A DNA stretch of 64,000 nt from Octopus sinensis (lineage: Eukaryota): the NCBI RefSeq assembly GCF_006345805.1, contig NC_043002.1, positions 119,846,001 through 119,910,000 on the forward strand, written 5' to 3'. Both the position numbers and the translations under genes were made by a program. Below the pieces are notes generated by a model. The model searched no databases, was not told the origin of the DNA, and saw nothing but the letters and a program-made list of their open reading frames with translations. Numbering within the stretch: position 1 is the stretch's first letter; each line of letters begins with the position of its first letter. Positions 38,271-51,217 of this stretch are shown in pieces.

Positions 38271-39350
38271 TCTCTTATTATAAAAGGCAGATTTTATCTG
38301 CTTCCCTTTGTCTCTTATAGAAATCTACAATATAGGATTTCTTCAATTACAATTTACCTAGCATTTTTAAGAGTAGAATGAATCGGGTCGTGCCAGGTCC
38401 AGTTTTTAAAATTTCAACCCCAATTAAGCAAAATTTAGAGAAAACTCACATTGTGGTGTGTATGTCAAATGCTTTTCTTAGTGTGGGCTACAGCACACGC
38501 ACACGCACACACACACAAACGGAGCGAACTGTTTCACTGACGCTATCACCCTAATTTCTCCTTTCTCTTTGCAAGTGTGCAACGATTAAAGTGAAAACAG
38601 TGAATCCGACAGCGATAAAGAAAATGAATTGGCACCTGAATGGAGTGAAAATTTAAAAACTGTTTCTTTCGGTGATTTTTCTGAAGAAACTGGACCAAGC
38701 CACAGACTTTCCCAGAAGAGTAACGCCTTAGACTATTTCTTTTTCTTTTTCGAATGAGCCCATTTGAAATCATTACGGCGGAAACGAACTGTTACGCTAA
38801 ACGTAAACAAAGCGAAAGAAAGGATAGTTTGTTATTTCCCACAACCTTAAATGAAATTAAGGCCTATTTTGCCATAAATATTATTATGGGTATCAGAAAG
38901 TTACCCAGAATAACAAATTCTATCGTAAAATTTTGTTGTATACCCAACTGAATATTAGCTAATAACCCATTTTCTATAGCGATGTTTGAACAAAATTTTA
39001 ATAATTTTATATATTGTTGAATTTACCTGTATCTACCTGCAATTAGAGTCACTTTGTGACAAAAATTATAGTATAGAATTGGTTGAGAACATTTCATTAA
39101 GTTATCTTGCAAAATTCCTGTTAATATATTGATAAATAAAAAAGTTATTGTTTAATGAAACCAGACTAACTTTATGATTACGTTAGAAATTAATTGAAAC
39201 ACATAAGGGGTGTATTTTGGTCAGAAATATAGTAACGAAAGGGTTAAGAAAAACCAAAAAATATCTTATTCTTTATAAATGTTGTGTTCAAAATAACATT
39301 TTCTTTTAAGAATGTGTATATAACAAAGTATGTGTATATAACTACGTGGC
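38271..39350 (+). mobile_element. Helitron-like family E 5' module carrying a piggyBac fragment
   Basis: Same a|TCTCTTATTATAAAAGG start and ~245 bp as 16925; no 3' terminus of its own was seen. Confidence 0.6.
38670..38930 (+). pseudogene. piggyBac transposase N-terminal fragment (DDE_Tnp_1_7-like)
   Basis: FSEETGP...ALDYF / FEIITAETNCYA...PTTLNEIKAYFAINIIMGIRKLPRI. Confidence 0.8.
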
Positions 39351-39355
39351 TTATA

Positions 39356-39750
39356 TCTTTATATATAAAAGTGAAGTTGTGTGTCTGTCTCCTACGATTT
39401 AGATTCGTAACTACTCCCACATTTTGCGGTGCAGTTTCACCAAAAGCGGGTATCTTAAAGTCGTGAGTCATATCGAGCCCTTCTGGGTATTAGTGCGCGT
39501 CTACGATGAGTCTACGATTTAAAAAACATTACCATCATATTTTCCATTTTAATGCATTTTTTCGCTATTATATAAGGGAAGTAACTCTCTAAAAATATCT
39601 ACGATGTGTCAACGATTTAAAAAAAAATTTACCTTAATTTTTTTTCCATTTTTAATGCATTTTTTTGCTATTTTTTGGCTATAACTCTCTAAAAATGCTT
39701 ATATAGTTATTTCCCTTACAAACCCGAGCAACGCCGGGCGATACTGCTAG
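39356..39750 (+). mobile_element. Non-autonomous Helitron family D
   Basis: a|TC ... hairpin plus CTAG|t. Confidence 0.92.
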
Positions 39751-40059
39751 TATATGTATATATATATATGTGTGTGTGTATATATATATGTGTGTTTGTG
39801 TATGTGAATACACTCATACACACACATACACGCACACATGTTCAGGATGTCAACGACTCCGATCTTGATGCTGAGTCGCAGTCTTCTTTGATCTATTCAT
39901 CCGCTCAGTATTCATGCATTTACAGATGCAGGTAGCCGTCTAGTTCCTCACATATTTATATAACTGTGTGTCTTTTATGTATGTATGTATGTATGTATGT
40001 ATGTATGTATGTATATATGTATGTATATACATATATACATGTGATCAACATGTGATCTC

Positions 40060-40262
40060 TTGAGCACCACCAGCAAAAAATATTTTTTTCCTCTGTCTTC
40101 CCTTCTTGGGATCTTTCCTTCTCCTTGTTTCCGACGAAGAGCTCGGCTCGAAACGTTAAACCCTCCTTCCCTTCTTTCCTGAGCGTCAAATAATACTTTA
40201 ATTGTTCCACGTCCTCGCGTTGCTGTGTTTTTTTCTGTGTTTTCTTGTTTGGATTAACTTTA
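40060..40262 (+). mobile_element. PLE-pLTR-like family G with a CCGACGA hammerhead-like motif (40127-40161)
   Basis: gttt-CCGACGA-a-gagc(tcg)gctc-GAAAC-GTT-aaac; homologous to 48945-49135; ends in (TA)n. Confidence 0.7.
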
Positions 40263-40791
40263 TATACATATATACATACATATACACGTATATGTAATTA
40301 TAATGATAGAGCATACGGAGACTGGTACATCCTCAAAGTTTATTTCCTTTTGTTTCATACTACATATTTTTATGGTTATGACGATCTACACGTGTATCCG
40401 AGAGTTACCACGGTATCCGCCCGATTAGCATATCCCTTTAAACTCATACACATGCACACAAACATACAAACATACAAACACACACACACACACCTATTTC
40501 ATATAAACCTATTTGACCGACGAGTCCACGAAACATTAAGTCGCATGAGAATGTCAAACTATTAATTATTCAATACGGATGTAAATATATGTGCATGTGT
40601 TTGTGTGTGAGCCTGTGTGTGTGTGCATGTGTGTGCATACACATACATGCAGACACACAGGAACTAACTTTTATTTTAATGGCGAATATTGTTATCAAAC
40701 GACTGCGTTAATCTTATTTGAGTTAATCACTTCCAAACACTATATTAACTGTTTTTATCAATATTTTCAAGTAACCCATATTAGTTAATCT

Positions 40792-40792
<1 letters not shown>

Positions 40793-40822
<30 letters not shown>

Positions 40823-40823
40823 A

Positions 40824-40857
<34 letters not shown>
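40793..40857. repeat. (TAC)n microsatellite
   Basis: Seen directly. Confidence 0.95.
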
Positions 40858-40997
40858 AGCGGGTGCTTGTGATGTATGAATACAGTCGCGGTTATCTGTT
40901 GAGGTGTTGATGGTCGTTGACTGACTGTATATGTTCGCACTGAAGGTGGTAGTAAGTTCATCAGTATAGCTCACGGTGTTTAGTAATGTCTGCCTGT

Positions 40998-41007
40998 CTG
41001 TCTGTCC

Positions 41008-41094
<87 letters not shown>

Positions 41095-41174
41095 CATCTA
41101 TCTATCCATCTATCTATCTATCTATCTATCCATCTATCTATCCATCTATCTATCTATCTATCTATCTATCTATA

Positions 41175-41233
<59 letters not shown>

Positions 41234-41234
41234 A
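40998..41234. repeat. (TATC)n microsatellite without an insertion
   Basis: Seen directly. Confidence 0.95.
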
Positions 41235-41652
41235 TTGTTGCGTTTGAGTTCCGTAAATAGTTTGCTTTAAGATTCAAGGCCGCAAAAACGTTTGCAAACA
41301 ACCATCATGATTGTATATGCTTCCGCCTTGAGAGATCCAATTCGCAAGCTGACCATTTGGAGGCACACTTTTATTGAATAACTCAGAATGCAGTCAGTGC
41401 TGCAATAGTCCCTGAGCATTATACGTACAAGGATAAAAGCAGAGAGCTGGTACCTGAACTATTAACACGTCGGACAAAATTCAAAGAAGCATTTCGTCTA
41501 TCTTTATATTCGTAGTTCAAATTCTATGGAGGCCAACTGTGTCATTCGTCATTTCAATAGCAATAAAATAAGTACCAGTCAAATACTAGGGTTGATGTAA
41601 TCGTCTACCCTCTCCTGCAAACTATCAAGCTTTTTGCCTGTAGAAGAAATAA

Positions 41653-41683
<31 letters not shown>

Positions 41684-41717
41684 CATACATACATACATAC
41701 ATACATACATACATACA

Positions 41718-41925
41718 TGATGATGATGGCCGTCCATTCGTGACCGAGGAAGACCCTTGCTGACATTTAGGAACTAACTTATATCTAATAGATTTGCAGC
41801 ACTGTTAGTGTTTAATGAGCCCTGCTCTTGAAAAGCATACACGACTGCAAACTTTGCAAACGAAATTTTTCCTCTTCACTAATCTAGTAGTGCGCTTTCG
41901 AGAAACACGCTTAAATTCTTCATTC
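41718..41925 (-). mobile_element. RTE/BovB-like LINE extreme 3' end inside an (ATAC)n array
   Basis: C-terminal C2H2-like FVCKVCSRVCFSRAGLIKH*, 3' UTR ending gaatggacggccatcatcatca; (ATAC)n on both sides. Confidence 0.75.
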
Positions 41926-42756
41926 ATACATACATACACGCATACATACATACATACATACATACATACATACATACATACATACATACATACATACATA
42001 AATATATGCATACGTACATACATACATACATACATACAACGCCGAGTCTTGGACTCGGGGTAGTAAGGTCATGGATTTGATGCCTGGATAGGCATTTCAT
42101 TTCAAGTTACTCCCGTCTGCTCAGTCGAATATAAGTACCAGCCAACCATAACTGAAAGCTTTCTCCCTCCAGCTTTCCTATACTAGATGTTCCCCCGTTT
42201 CAATGTTTCTAGGCTGAACATTTTAATGTATCAGGTCTATGTGCTTGTAGTAATTCCTACTTGTTCGATGCATATTATTGCATCAATATGTTCCCCTGTT
42301 TGAGTAATAGACATTATTACATCAGCCAGTTGCTGAATCTTTGAAACAGCTGTAAAGAATATAAAACGACTATGTTTTTTTCTTTGCTAGATATGTTCAG
42401 CGTTATGTAACATATTTTATAAATGATACAGTGTCATATTATAAGTGCTTGTCCATTATTTGCCTCATACTTACACGCTCGAATCATACATTATTTATAG
42501 CCAAATCTTTTTCCGCGTGATTATTCTTACTCTGATTAGGATATTGGATTTTAAGAATCTGTACTGATCCGAGCATTAATCTGGTGGTCATTTATTATAC
42601 ACATATACTAGCATCTTCTCCTCACCCATTGTGTGCATGTAAGTATTCATACATATATATGTACACACACACACGCATATATACATACATACATATACAT
42701 ACATACACGCACACGCACATTATATATATATATATATACAGAGAGAGAGGGAGAGA

Positions 42757-42802
<46 letters not shown>

Positions 42803-43539
42803 AACAACCACTACTATTCATTGCCCTTGTTCATACAAAATGAGATAAATAAAAGGAATGAAAATTCATATGCATGTGTATATATATTTATGTACCAGCG
42901 GTGTTTTGTGGAATTTCTAAGTTTGTGTAAGTCTGTATTTAAGGTAGAGCATTCTAACATATGAACACCGACATGTTAGCTGCTTTGTGTTCAAATGTAC
43001 GTGTGCATGCTTACAAATTTGTATCTATTATAACAACTGTCTACTACTATAACGGCTGTCTGTCTGGTCGATTGAGTTATCGTCTTTATAAATCTCTATT
43101 GATATTTTCATGAAACATGTTTAAAAAATCCATGTACCACGCGCATGCACACATATAAGCATTTATTAATATATATTAGCGTATATCATACACATACCCA
43201 CATATACATTTATGTACATAGATATATGCATAAATACTTCCCCGCAAACGCAACTTATTGAAACATGTATCGACCATGTTTTTATGCAACTCTGTGTGTG
43301 TACAAGTTATCGATATATACATATAACTTATTAAATGGTACGTTATAAAATTAGATACTCTAGATATATAAGTTTACTATGATTTTTAATTTTTATATAC
43401 ATGTATTAATATTTTTATATACATGTATTAATATTAAAGAACGCAGAAATAAAATATACATCTACACTGACGCACAGTATTAACTACACTTCTACAGTTT
43501 CGTATCAAAACTCGATCTCAAAGTTCATTTCTTTAATGG

Positions 43540-43900
43540 GACTGAATTGAACTATCCTGGACCTATACCATCTACTGCAAGTGGGTCATGGCTATGCGAT
43601 GGTATCACAACTAGTTATGGCATCAACCCTATGCACATATCATTCTTGATATTTCTTCTCATGTCCTGTCTACCTCGAGCATACAGTCTACCAGCTCTAT
43701 ATACTTCTACACTAATGTTTTCAAGTAATGCAGTCAGCAGCAGCGTTTTCCAGGACTTCGGGTTCAGATCTTGAACTTCTTCAAAGCGCTCTTCATCTGA
43801 TTCTAACATGCCCTCTTTGGTCATCCAGCAAATCTACGGCAACTTTATTACTGGCTGATTATCCCTGTTCAACCGACTTGGTAGCATTCATATCATGTGC
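43540..43900 (-). mobile_element. Possible RLE-type LINE C-terminal remnant
   Basis: Weak resemblance to the Dong-like C-terminus; heavily decayed. Confidence 0.3.
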
Positions 43901-43906
43901 TCTGGA

Positions 43907-44262
43907 TGGAAGCACTCCGTCGGTTACGACGACGAGGGTTCCTGTTGATCCGATCAACGGAACAGCCTGCTTGTGAAATTAACGTGTAAGTGGCTGAGCA
44001 CTCCACAGATGCGTGCGCCCTTAACGTAGTTCTCGGGGATATTCAGCGTGACACAGAGAGTAACAAGGCCGGCCCTTTGAAATACAGGTACAACAGAAAC
44101 AGGAAGTAAGAGTGAGAGAAAGTTGTGGTGAAAGAGCCTCGTGGAGCCTCGTACTTTAGGTGTTTTCGCTCAATAAACACTCACAACGCCCGGTCTGGGA
44201 ATCGAAACCGCGATCCTACGACCGCGAGTCCGCTGCCCTAACCACTGGGCCATTGCGCCTCC
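43907..44262 (-). mobile_element. SINE family A
   Basis: Near-full-length match. Confidence 0.92.
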
Positions 44263-44389
44263 ACCATGTGCTCTACCCAGCCCCCGTAGCTGGCGTTTAG
44301 CGTTAATATACTTTGCTGTTAATATATCTGTGCTGGATTTAACTTCTCACCAGGTAAACCCTGTTATATAAACATTGAACTTCATTCAG

Positions 44390-44560
44390 AAATACTGGTT
44401 TCAAATTTTGGCACGAGGCCAGCAATTTCGGGAGTGGGGTACTTATATTCTTGACTCCGAAAAGATGAATCGCAAAATCGATCTCGGCGGCATTTGAACT
44501 CAGAACGTAAAGACGGACAAAATGCCCAGTGTGATAACGGTTCTGCCAGCTCACCGCCTG
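44390..44560 (-). mobile_element. SINE family B, old and deleted
   Basis: Diverged match with a B1 tail. Confidence 0.7.
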
Positions 44561-44895
44561 TCTTCATTCAGAACTATTGAAACGTGAAATGTAAAGAACT
44601 CTTGAATTATATCTGATCATTGAAGTAAAATGTTCGACCTCTAATATCAAGTGGAAGATTGTTGAACAATCAAGAACATATGAAAACAATAGTAATAGAT
44701 TTGACTTTACGTAATGCAGAGAAAAAGAAATGGTTTAAAAAATCATTATAGCGAGAGTTATATATATAAGCGTTAATTGAAATCTTTCGGAAGACAAAAG
44801 TATAGAAATAAAGTCACTTTTGTAACTGGGGCATTCGCCTTGAATTTGCAATTCCGTAATCTTTCAATATCATTAACGTTATATGATCTGAAATA

Positions 44896-45278
44896 GGAGG
44901 CGCAATGACCCAGTGGTTAGGGCAGCGGACTCGCGGTCATAGGATCGCGGTTTCGATTCCCAGACCGGGCGTTGCGAGTGTTTACTGAGCAAAAACACCT
45001 AAAAGCTCCACGAGGCTCTGGCTGGAGATGGTGGTGATCCCTGCTGTACTCTTTCACCACAACTTTCTCTCACTCTTACTTCCTGTTTCTGTTGTACCGG
45101 TATTTCAAGGGGCCGGCCTTGTCACTCTCTGTGTCACGCTGAATATCCCCGAGAACTACGTTAAGGGTGCACGTGTCTGGGGAGTGCTCAGCCACTTACA
45201 CGTTAATTTCACGAGCAGGCTGTTCCGTTGATTCGGATCAACCGGAACCCTCATCGTCGTAACCGACGGAGTGCTTCC
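44896..45278 (+). mobile_element. SINE family A
   Basis: Full-length match with a (TCCA) tail. Confidence 0.92.
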
Positions 45279-45636
45279 ATCCATCTATCCATAATCTGAA
45301 ATTACAATCTTTATTTATATCCGACCAAGAGTTTCTCAGTTAGTACTTCTTAAATATTGCATTAATCTTGATTTTAGAATGTAAACTGTTCATTCTTACG
45401 CAAGGAAAAATAATCTGCTTAGTTAATTTACATGTCACCTCTTTTTAACCATCATTTGTGATTTTAGCTAATGCCCTCATACATGCGCTCGCATGCAAGT
45501 ACACTCACTCACGCACACATACACACGTATATAGATTTGATTAACTGAAACTACAATGAACTATCAAAAATATCTCAGGGTGGCTTGTGGCTGGTGTATA
45601 TGAACAATATAGACAACTACAGATATATCAAATACC

Positions 45637-45865
45637 TATTTCTTTACTACCCACAAGGGGCTAAACACAGAAGGAACAAACAAGGACAGACAAAGGGATT
45701 AAGTCGATTACATCAACCCCAATGCGTAACTGGTACTTAATTTATCGACCCCGAAATGATGAAAGGCAAAGTCGACCTCGGCGGAATTTGAACTCCGAAT
45801 GTAACAGCAGATGAAATATCGCTAAGCATTTCGCCCTGCGTGCTAACGTTTCTGCCAGCTCGCCT
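45637..45865 (-). mobile_element. SINE family B (B2 tail) with an 18-20 bp TSD
   Basis: (ct)acagatatatcaaatacc at 45617-45636 and 45864-45883. Confidence 0.92.
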
Positions 45866-46151
45866 ACAGATATATCAAATACCATACAACGTAAATTCAC
45901 GATTTGTAAAGCTATCTGAACCTCTAGCGAATGTGTCGTTATTGGCAACTGGGAGTAAAAATCAGCTCCAGATGAGGAGGGGAGATAATCTCACGAAACA
46001 ACCACTTTCCAAAATTGATAAACCATTGAGTAAGAGAACAGGCTTATTGTCTGGAGATGAGAAGACGGTCATGGCCACGTGTTTCTGCCTCACCAAGCAC
46101 ACTATGCAGGTGTATGTGAGTGTGTGTTTTGTGTATATATCATTTACTTTT

Positions 46152-46375
46152 AAGGCGGCGAGCTGGCAGAAACGTTAGCACGCGGGCGAAATGCGTAGCC
46201 GTATTTCGCGTGCCGTTACGTTCTGAGTTCAAATTCCGCCGAGGTCGACTTTGCCTTTCATCCTTTCGGGGTCGATAAATTAAGTACCAGTTACGCACTG
46301 GGGTCGACGTAATCCGTGTGTCTGTCCTTATTTGTCCCCTCTGTGTGTAGCCCCTTGTGGGTAGTAAAGAAACAT
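46152..46375 (+). mobile_element. SINE family B (B2 tail)
   Basis: Full-length match. Confidence 0.9.
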
Positions 46376-47104
46376 ATATATCTTTTACTTGTTTCACTCG
46401 TGAGACTGCGGCCATGCTGGGGCAGGAGTATATGTACATATGTATTAATGCATTTACAAAAGTGTGTGTGTGTAGTTGTGTTTGTGTGTGTGTGTGTGCA
46501 TATTTCGAAGCAAATGTCGAACTGTATATGGTGGATTTTATAATTGAAATACAAAATGATTGATCTAGAATGGTGACCCTATTGACATTTCTGCATGAGA
46601 TATGTGTATTTTATGCCATATACAAACACAGATAGACACGCGTGCCCTTTCTCCCCTATCCCCTCTTCTTTGTCTCTCCCTCTCGCTCTCTCACTTTCTC
46701 TTTTGGTGGCAGATTTGCATGTATACATATGTATATGTTTTTGTGTGTGTGTGTGTGTATGTGTGTGTGTGTGTGTGCTTCTGTCTTCGTGTCACTCAGC
46801 TGTTGAAGGTTTGAGTTCGATAAAGACAAGTCTATTGCCAGCTGTGCTTCAAGACACCATCGATATTACACGATCACACAGATTGTCAGAAACTTACACA
46901 CATGTACTCACATATACTTACAAATACACATACACTCCCACAAATACACATACACACATGCACACACACAAGCTCACACGCACCTAAAGTAAAACTCACC
47001 TAAATACACACACAAATTCAACCATACACGTCTCCGCCGCACACACATATTCTCTTACGTATTCACTCATTTATTGCGCATGCGCATATTTTACACTCCA
47101 CATA

Positions 47105-47482
47105 TCTTTATATATAAAAGTGAAGTTGTGTGTCTGTCTCCTACGATTTAGATTCCTAACTACTCCCACATTTTGCGGTGCAGTTTAACCAAAACCGGGT
47201 ATCTTATAGTCGTGATTCATATCGAGCCCTTCTGGGTATTAACGCGCGTCTAAAAAAATTTGCCATCATTTTATCCATTTTAATACATTTTTTCGCTATT
47301 ATATAAGGGAAGTAACTCTCTAAAAATGTCTACGATGAGTCAACGATTTAAAAAAAAAATTTACCATAATTTTTTTTCCATTTTTAATGCATTTTTTTGC
47401 TATTTTTGGGCTATAACTCTCTAAAAATGCTTATATAGTTATTTCCCTTACAAACCCGAGCAACGCCGGGCGATACTGCTAG
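47105..47482 (+). mobile_element. Non-autonomous Helitron family D
   Basis: a|TC ... hairpin plus CTAG|t; small internal deletion. Confidence 0.92.
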
Positions 47483-47589
47483 TATATGAATAAACATGTA
47501 AAACAGTATTGGGCTATTGAGATCCCAAATTTCAATTACCCTTCAATTAATTTATACGCTGCTCTCAAATTTTGATCCAATGGTAACTA

Positions 47590-48110
47590 TTTCATGGGAG
47601 GGGTAGTCGATTACATGGTGAGGGCGCGTGGCTTAGTGGTTAGGGCATTCGGCTCATGATCGTAAGGTTGTGAGTTCGATTCCCGGCGACGCGTTGTGTC
47701 CTTGGGCAAGACACTTTATTTCACGTTGCTCCAGTCCACTCAGCTGGCAAAAATGAGTTGTACTTGTATTTCAAAGGGTCAGCCTTGTCACTCTCTGTGT
47801 CACGCTGATTATCCCCGAGAACTACGTTAAGGGTACACGTGTCTGTGGAATGCTCAGCCATTTGCACGTTAATTTCACGAGCAAGCTGTTCCGTTGATTG
47901 TATCAGCTGGGACCCTCGTCGTCGTAACCGGCGGAGTCTTTTTAGTCGATTACATCAACCTCAGAGATAAACTGGTACCTATTTCATCGATTCCAAAAGA
48001 ATTAAAGGCAAAGTCCATCGTGGCGGATTTTAGACTCAGAGCGTAAAGACGGACGAAATGCTGCCAAGCATTTTCTCCGGCTTGTTAACGATTCTGCTAG
48101 CTCGCTGTCT
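47590..48110 (-). mobile_element. Old SINE family B interrupted by SINE A'
   Basis: Family B halves lie on both sides of 47617-47942. Confidence 0.75.
47617..47942 (+). mobile_element. SINE family A' (CORE-like body plus family-A tail) with a 13-bp TSD
   Basis: TSD tagtcgattacat at 47604-47616 and 47943-47955; intact A and B boxes. Confidence 0.9.
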
Positions 48111-48447
48111 TAATTAATGTATACATTATTACCAAGTTAAAATGAAGGAATGTTTCTAAAGATCAAGTTATCTTTCAGCAATCAGTTTTCTCCATAATCA
48201 TTCTGCGTTCAAATTTGACCAAGATCGATTTTGCGATTCGTCCTTGCCAGTTTGACACAATAAGCACCACAGATATAACGTAGAATAAGAATCAACTAAT
48301 ACAAATTTCTCTACAAATTTCTGACACTGTTCCAAGGTTAAATATCAGTTCCAAAGTAAAATATCAATATGCGAGATTAAGCTGACTTATAACGGATATA
48401 TTCTAGATTTAACCATTCTAACATTTTGTATATCCAGGATTACAGCT

Positions 48448-48620
48448 TTATCTTTTACTTACTTCAGTCATTGGATAGTGGCCATGTTGGGTAACCGCTT
48501 TGTAATGTTTCAATCGTTCAAATCGACCCCACTATTAATTACCTTAAAACCAGATTCTTTGTAAGGGTCTCTTGATGGATCCGCTAAGTTAATGGCACGT
48601 AAACAAACCAACATCCGGTG
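48448..48620 (-). mobile_element. SINE family C 3' half, old
   Basis: Diverged match. Confidence 0.6.
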
Positions 48621-48672
48621 TAAAGAGGGGGGAGAGCGGAAGCAGAGTCACAAAGACACATACGCACATACA

Positions 48673-48703
<31 letters not shown>

Positions 48704-48786
48704 GCATAGCTGTCCAACGATGGGTTAGCTGATGGAAACTTGGAAGTCACCGTCAGCAACATTCTTGTATAGGAAAAATTTATTTG

Positions 48787-48837
<51 letters not shown>

Positions 48838-48944
48838 AAGTAAAAATATTTGATTACACCTGCGTTAACTCCATTTTTTTTATTCATATATATATATATG
48901 AATAAAAAAATGTTAACACAGGTGTAATCATATGTGACCTCGTG

Positions 48945-49135
48945 AGTACCACCGGCGATTTTTTTCTCTGTCCTCCCGTCTCGGGATCTTTCCTTCTCCT
49001 ATGTTTCCGACGAAGAGCTCCGCTCGAAACGTCAAACCCTCCTTTTTCCCTTCTTTCCTGAGCGTCCAATAATAATATATTTGTTCCACATCCTTGCGTT
49101 GTTGTCTTTTTGTTTTCTTGTTTGATTTAACTTTA
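48945..49135 (+). mobile_element. PLE-pLTR-like family G with a CCGACGA hammerhead-like motif (49003-49037)
   Basis: gttt-CCGACGA-a-gagc(tcc)gctc-GAAAC-GTC-aaac; followed by (TA)n; preceded by a 19-bp inverted repeat (about 48850-48930). Confidence 0.72.
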
Positions 49136-49350
49136 TATATATATATATATATAAGTTTCTCTTAGTTTGCGTCTAGTCATCGTTGCTTGGATCGGCTCGT
49201 GGCTATAGTAGATAATAAATGTCCAATGCTCAGCTCAGTAGGAACCATGCCGTTAGAAAGCAAATTTTTTAACGCATAGTCACATATGACCTTCCTTTTT
49301 CTGATATTCAGAATGTGATCTGAGAAATAGTTGGGTGTTATTTCTTGCAG

Positions 49351-49408
49351 GCTGTGTGACATTGCAGAAACTTTATTAGTCACCCATATGATACTATTGT
49401 ATCTATGG
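49351..49408 (+). CDS. Candidate exon (LCDIAETLLVTHMILLYLW), unidentified
   Basis: Acceptor gtgttatttcttgcag|, weak donor tgg|gtgtat; only the phase-2 frame is open. Confidence 0.15.
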
Positions 49409-49860
49409 GTGTATACAGCGAAACCAAACATTTTCTAACCTACTATCAGATCTTTATTACAAACATTTCAAAACAAGATATAAGAAACTAATGTTTGCAA
49501 AACATCGTATCAATTGAATGTTTTTTCTAATATCACTTTTATTTTTCATTCCACCAGTGATTTGTCTTTTTTTAGATCAGAATATATCATTTCTTTTTAA
49601 TCAGCTACAGTAAACAACTAGTATTTTATAGTACCAGCAGGATTGAAAGACAGTGTTGACTAAAAACGATGACATATAATTTAATCATGAGTACAAGTCA
49701 TCCGCAATACACTATCAAAGATGGATATCGAGTGATCTATTAGACCAGCTGCAGATGGGAGTGTATAGAGAACTCAGTCAGTATAGTCATAAAAGTCAGA
49801 TGACAGACATTCTGAACAAGAAAACCGATCGACTTGCGCCGTGAACCGATGCTAACTAGA

Positions 49861-50316
<456 letters not shown>

Positions 50317-50528
50317 ACACGATCCCTATTGATCGTTTTTTTTCCTCTCCCCCTTTTTCCTCTTTTTTTCTCTTTTCATTTTTCTTTTCTTTTTTGCCTT
50401 TTTTCTTTTTTTCTTTTCCTTTTTTCTTTTTTCCTTTTTTTCTTTTCCTTTTTTCTCCCCCAAAAGAAAAGCTCTACCTTGTAACTTGTCCCATCTGTGT
50501 GCAGCCCTGTGTGGCCAATAAAGAAACT
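50317..50528 (+). mobile_element. Severely 5'-truncated copy of the Tx1-like LINE 3' UTR, with a 15-bp TSD
   Basis: Matches 23582-23813; TSD tatctttctgtctat at 50302-50316 and 50529-50543. Confidence 0.88.
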
Positions 50529-50965
50529 TATCTTTCTGTCTATCTATATCTATCAACCTGTCAGTCCGTTTGTTTGTTTGTCTGTGTATATGTCGACCTG
50601 CTTGCCTATGATTCTGTCTGTTTATCTATCCATTTAAGTATCTGTGTGTGTGTGTGTGTGAGAGGGAGAGAGAGAGAGAGGGAAGAGAGAGAGAGAGAGA
50701 GAGAAAGAGAGAGGGGGCAGTGAATGATAGATTAAGAACCTCGCTTCACCATCATGCGTTATCGAGTTCGAATCTATTGCGTAAATGTTGAGAAGCCACC
50801 TTTAGTCTAATTTCGAATCAAACCAAATTTTTGGGGAGTGATTCAACAAACTGGTTGGATCAATCGGTACATGTACTTAAAAAGTAACTTTTATCAAAAG
50901 AAATCAATTATTTAAAATTGACATTGAGTAGAAAATTCTTAAAAATTCCAATTTCATTATACTAT

Positions 50966-51186
50966 TTACTCTTTTACTCTTTTACTTGTTTCAGTCATCT
51001 GACTGCGGCCATGCTGGAGCACCGCCTTTTTAGTCGAGCAAATCGACTCCGGGACTTATTCTTTGTAAGCCCAGTACTTATTCTATCGGTCTTTTTTGCC
51101 GAACCGCTAACTAACGGGGACGTAAACACACCAGCATCGGTTGTCAAGCAATGCTAGGGGGGACAAACACAGACACACAAACACAT

Positions 51187-51217
<31 letters not shown>

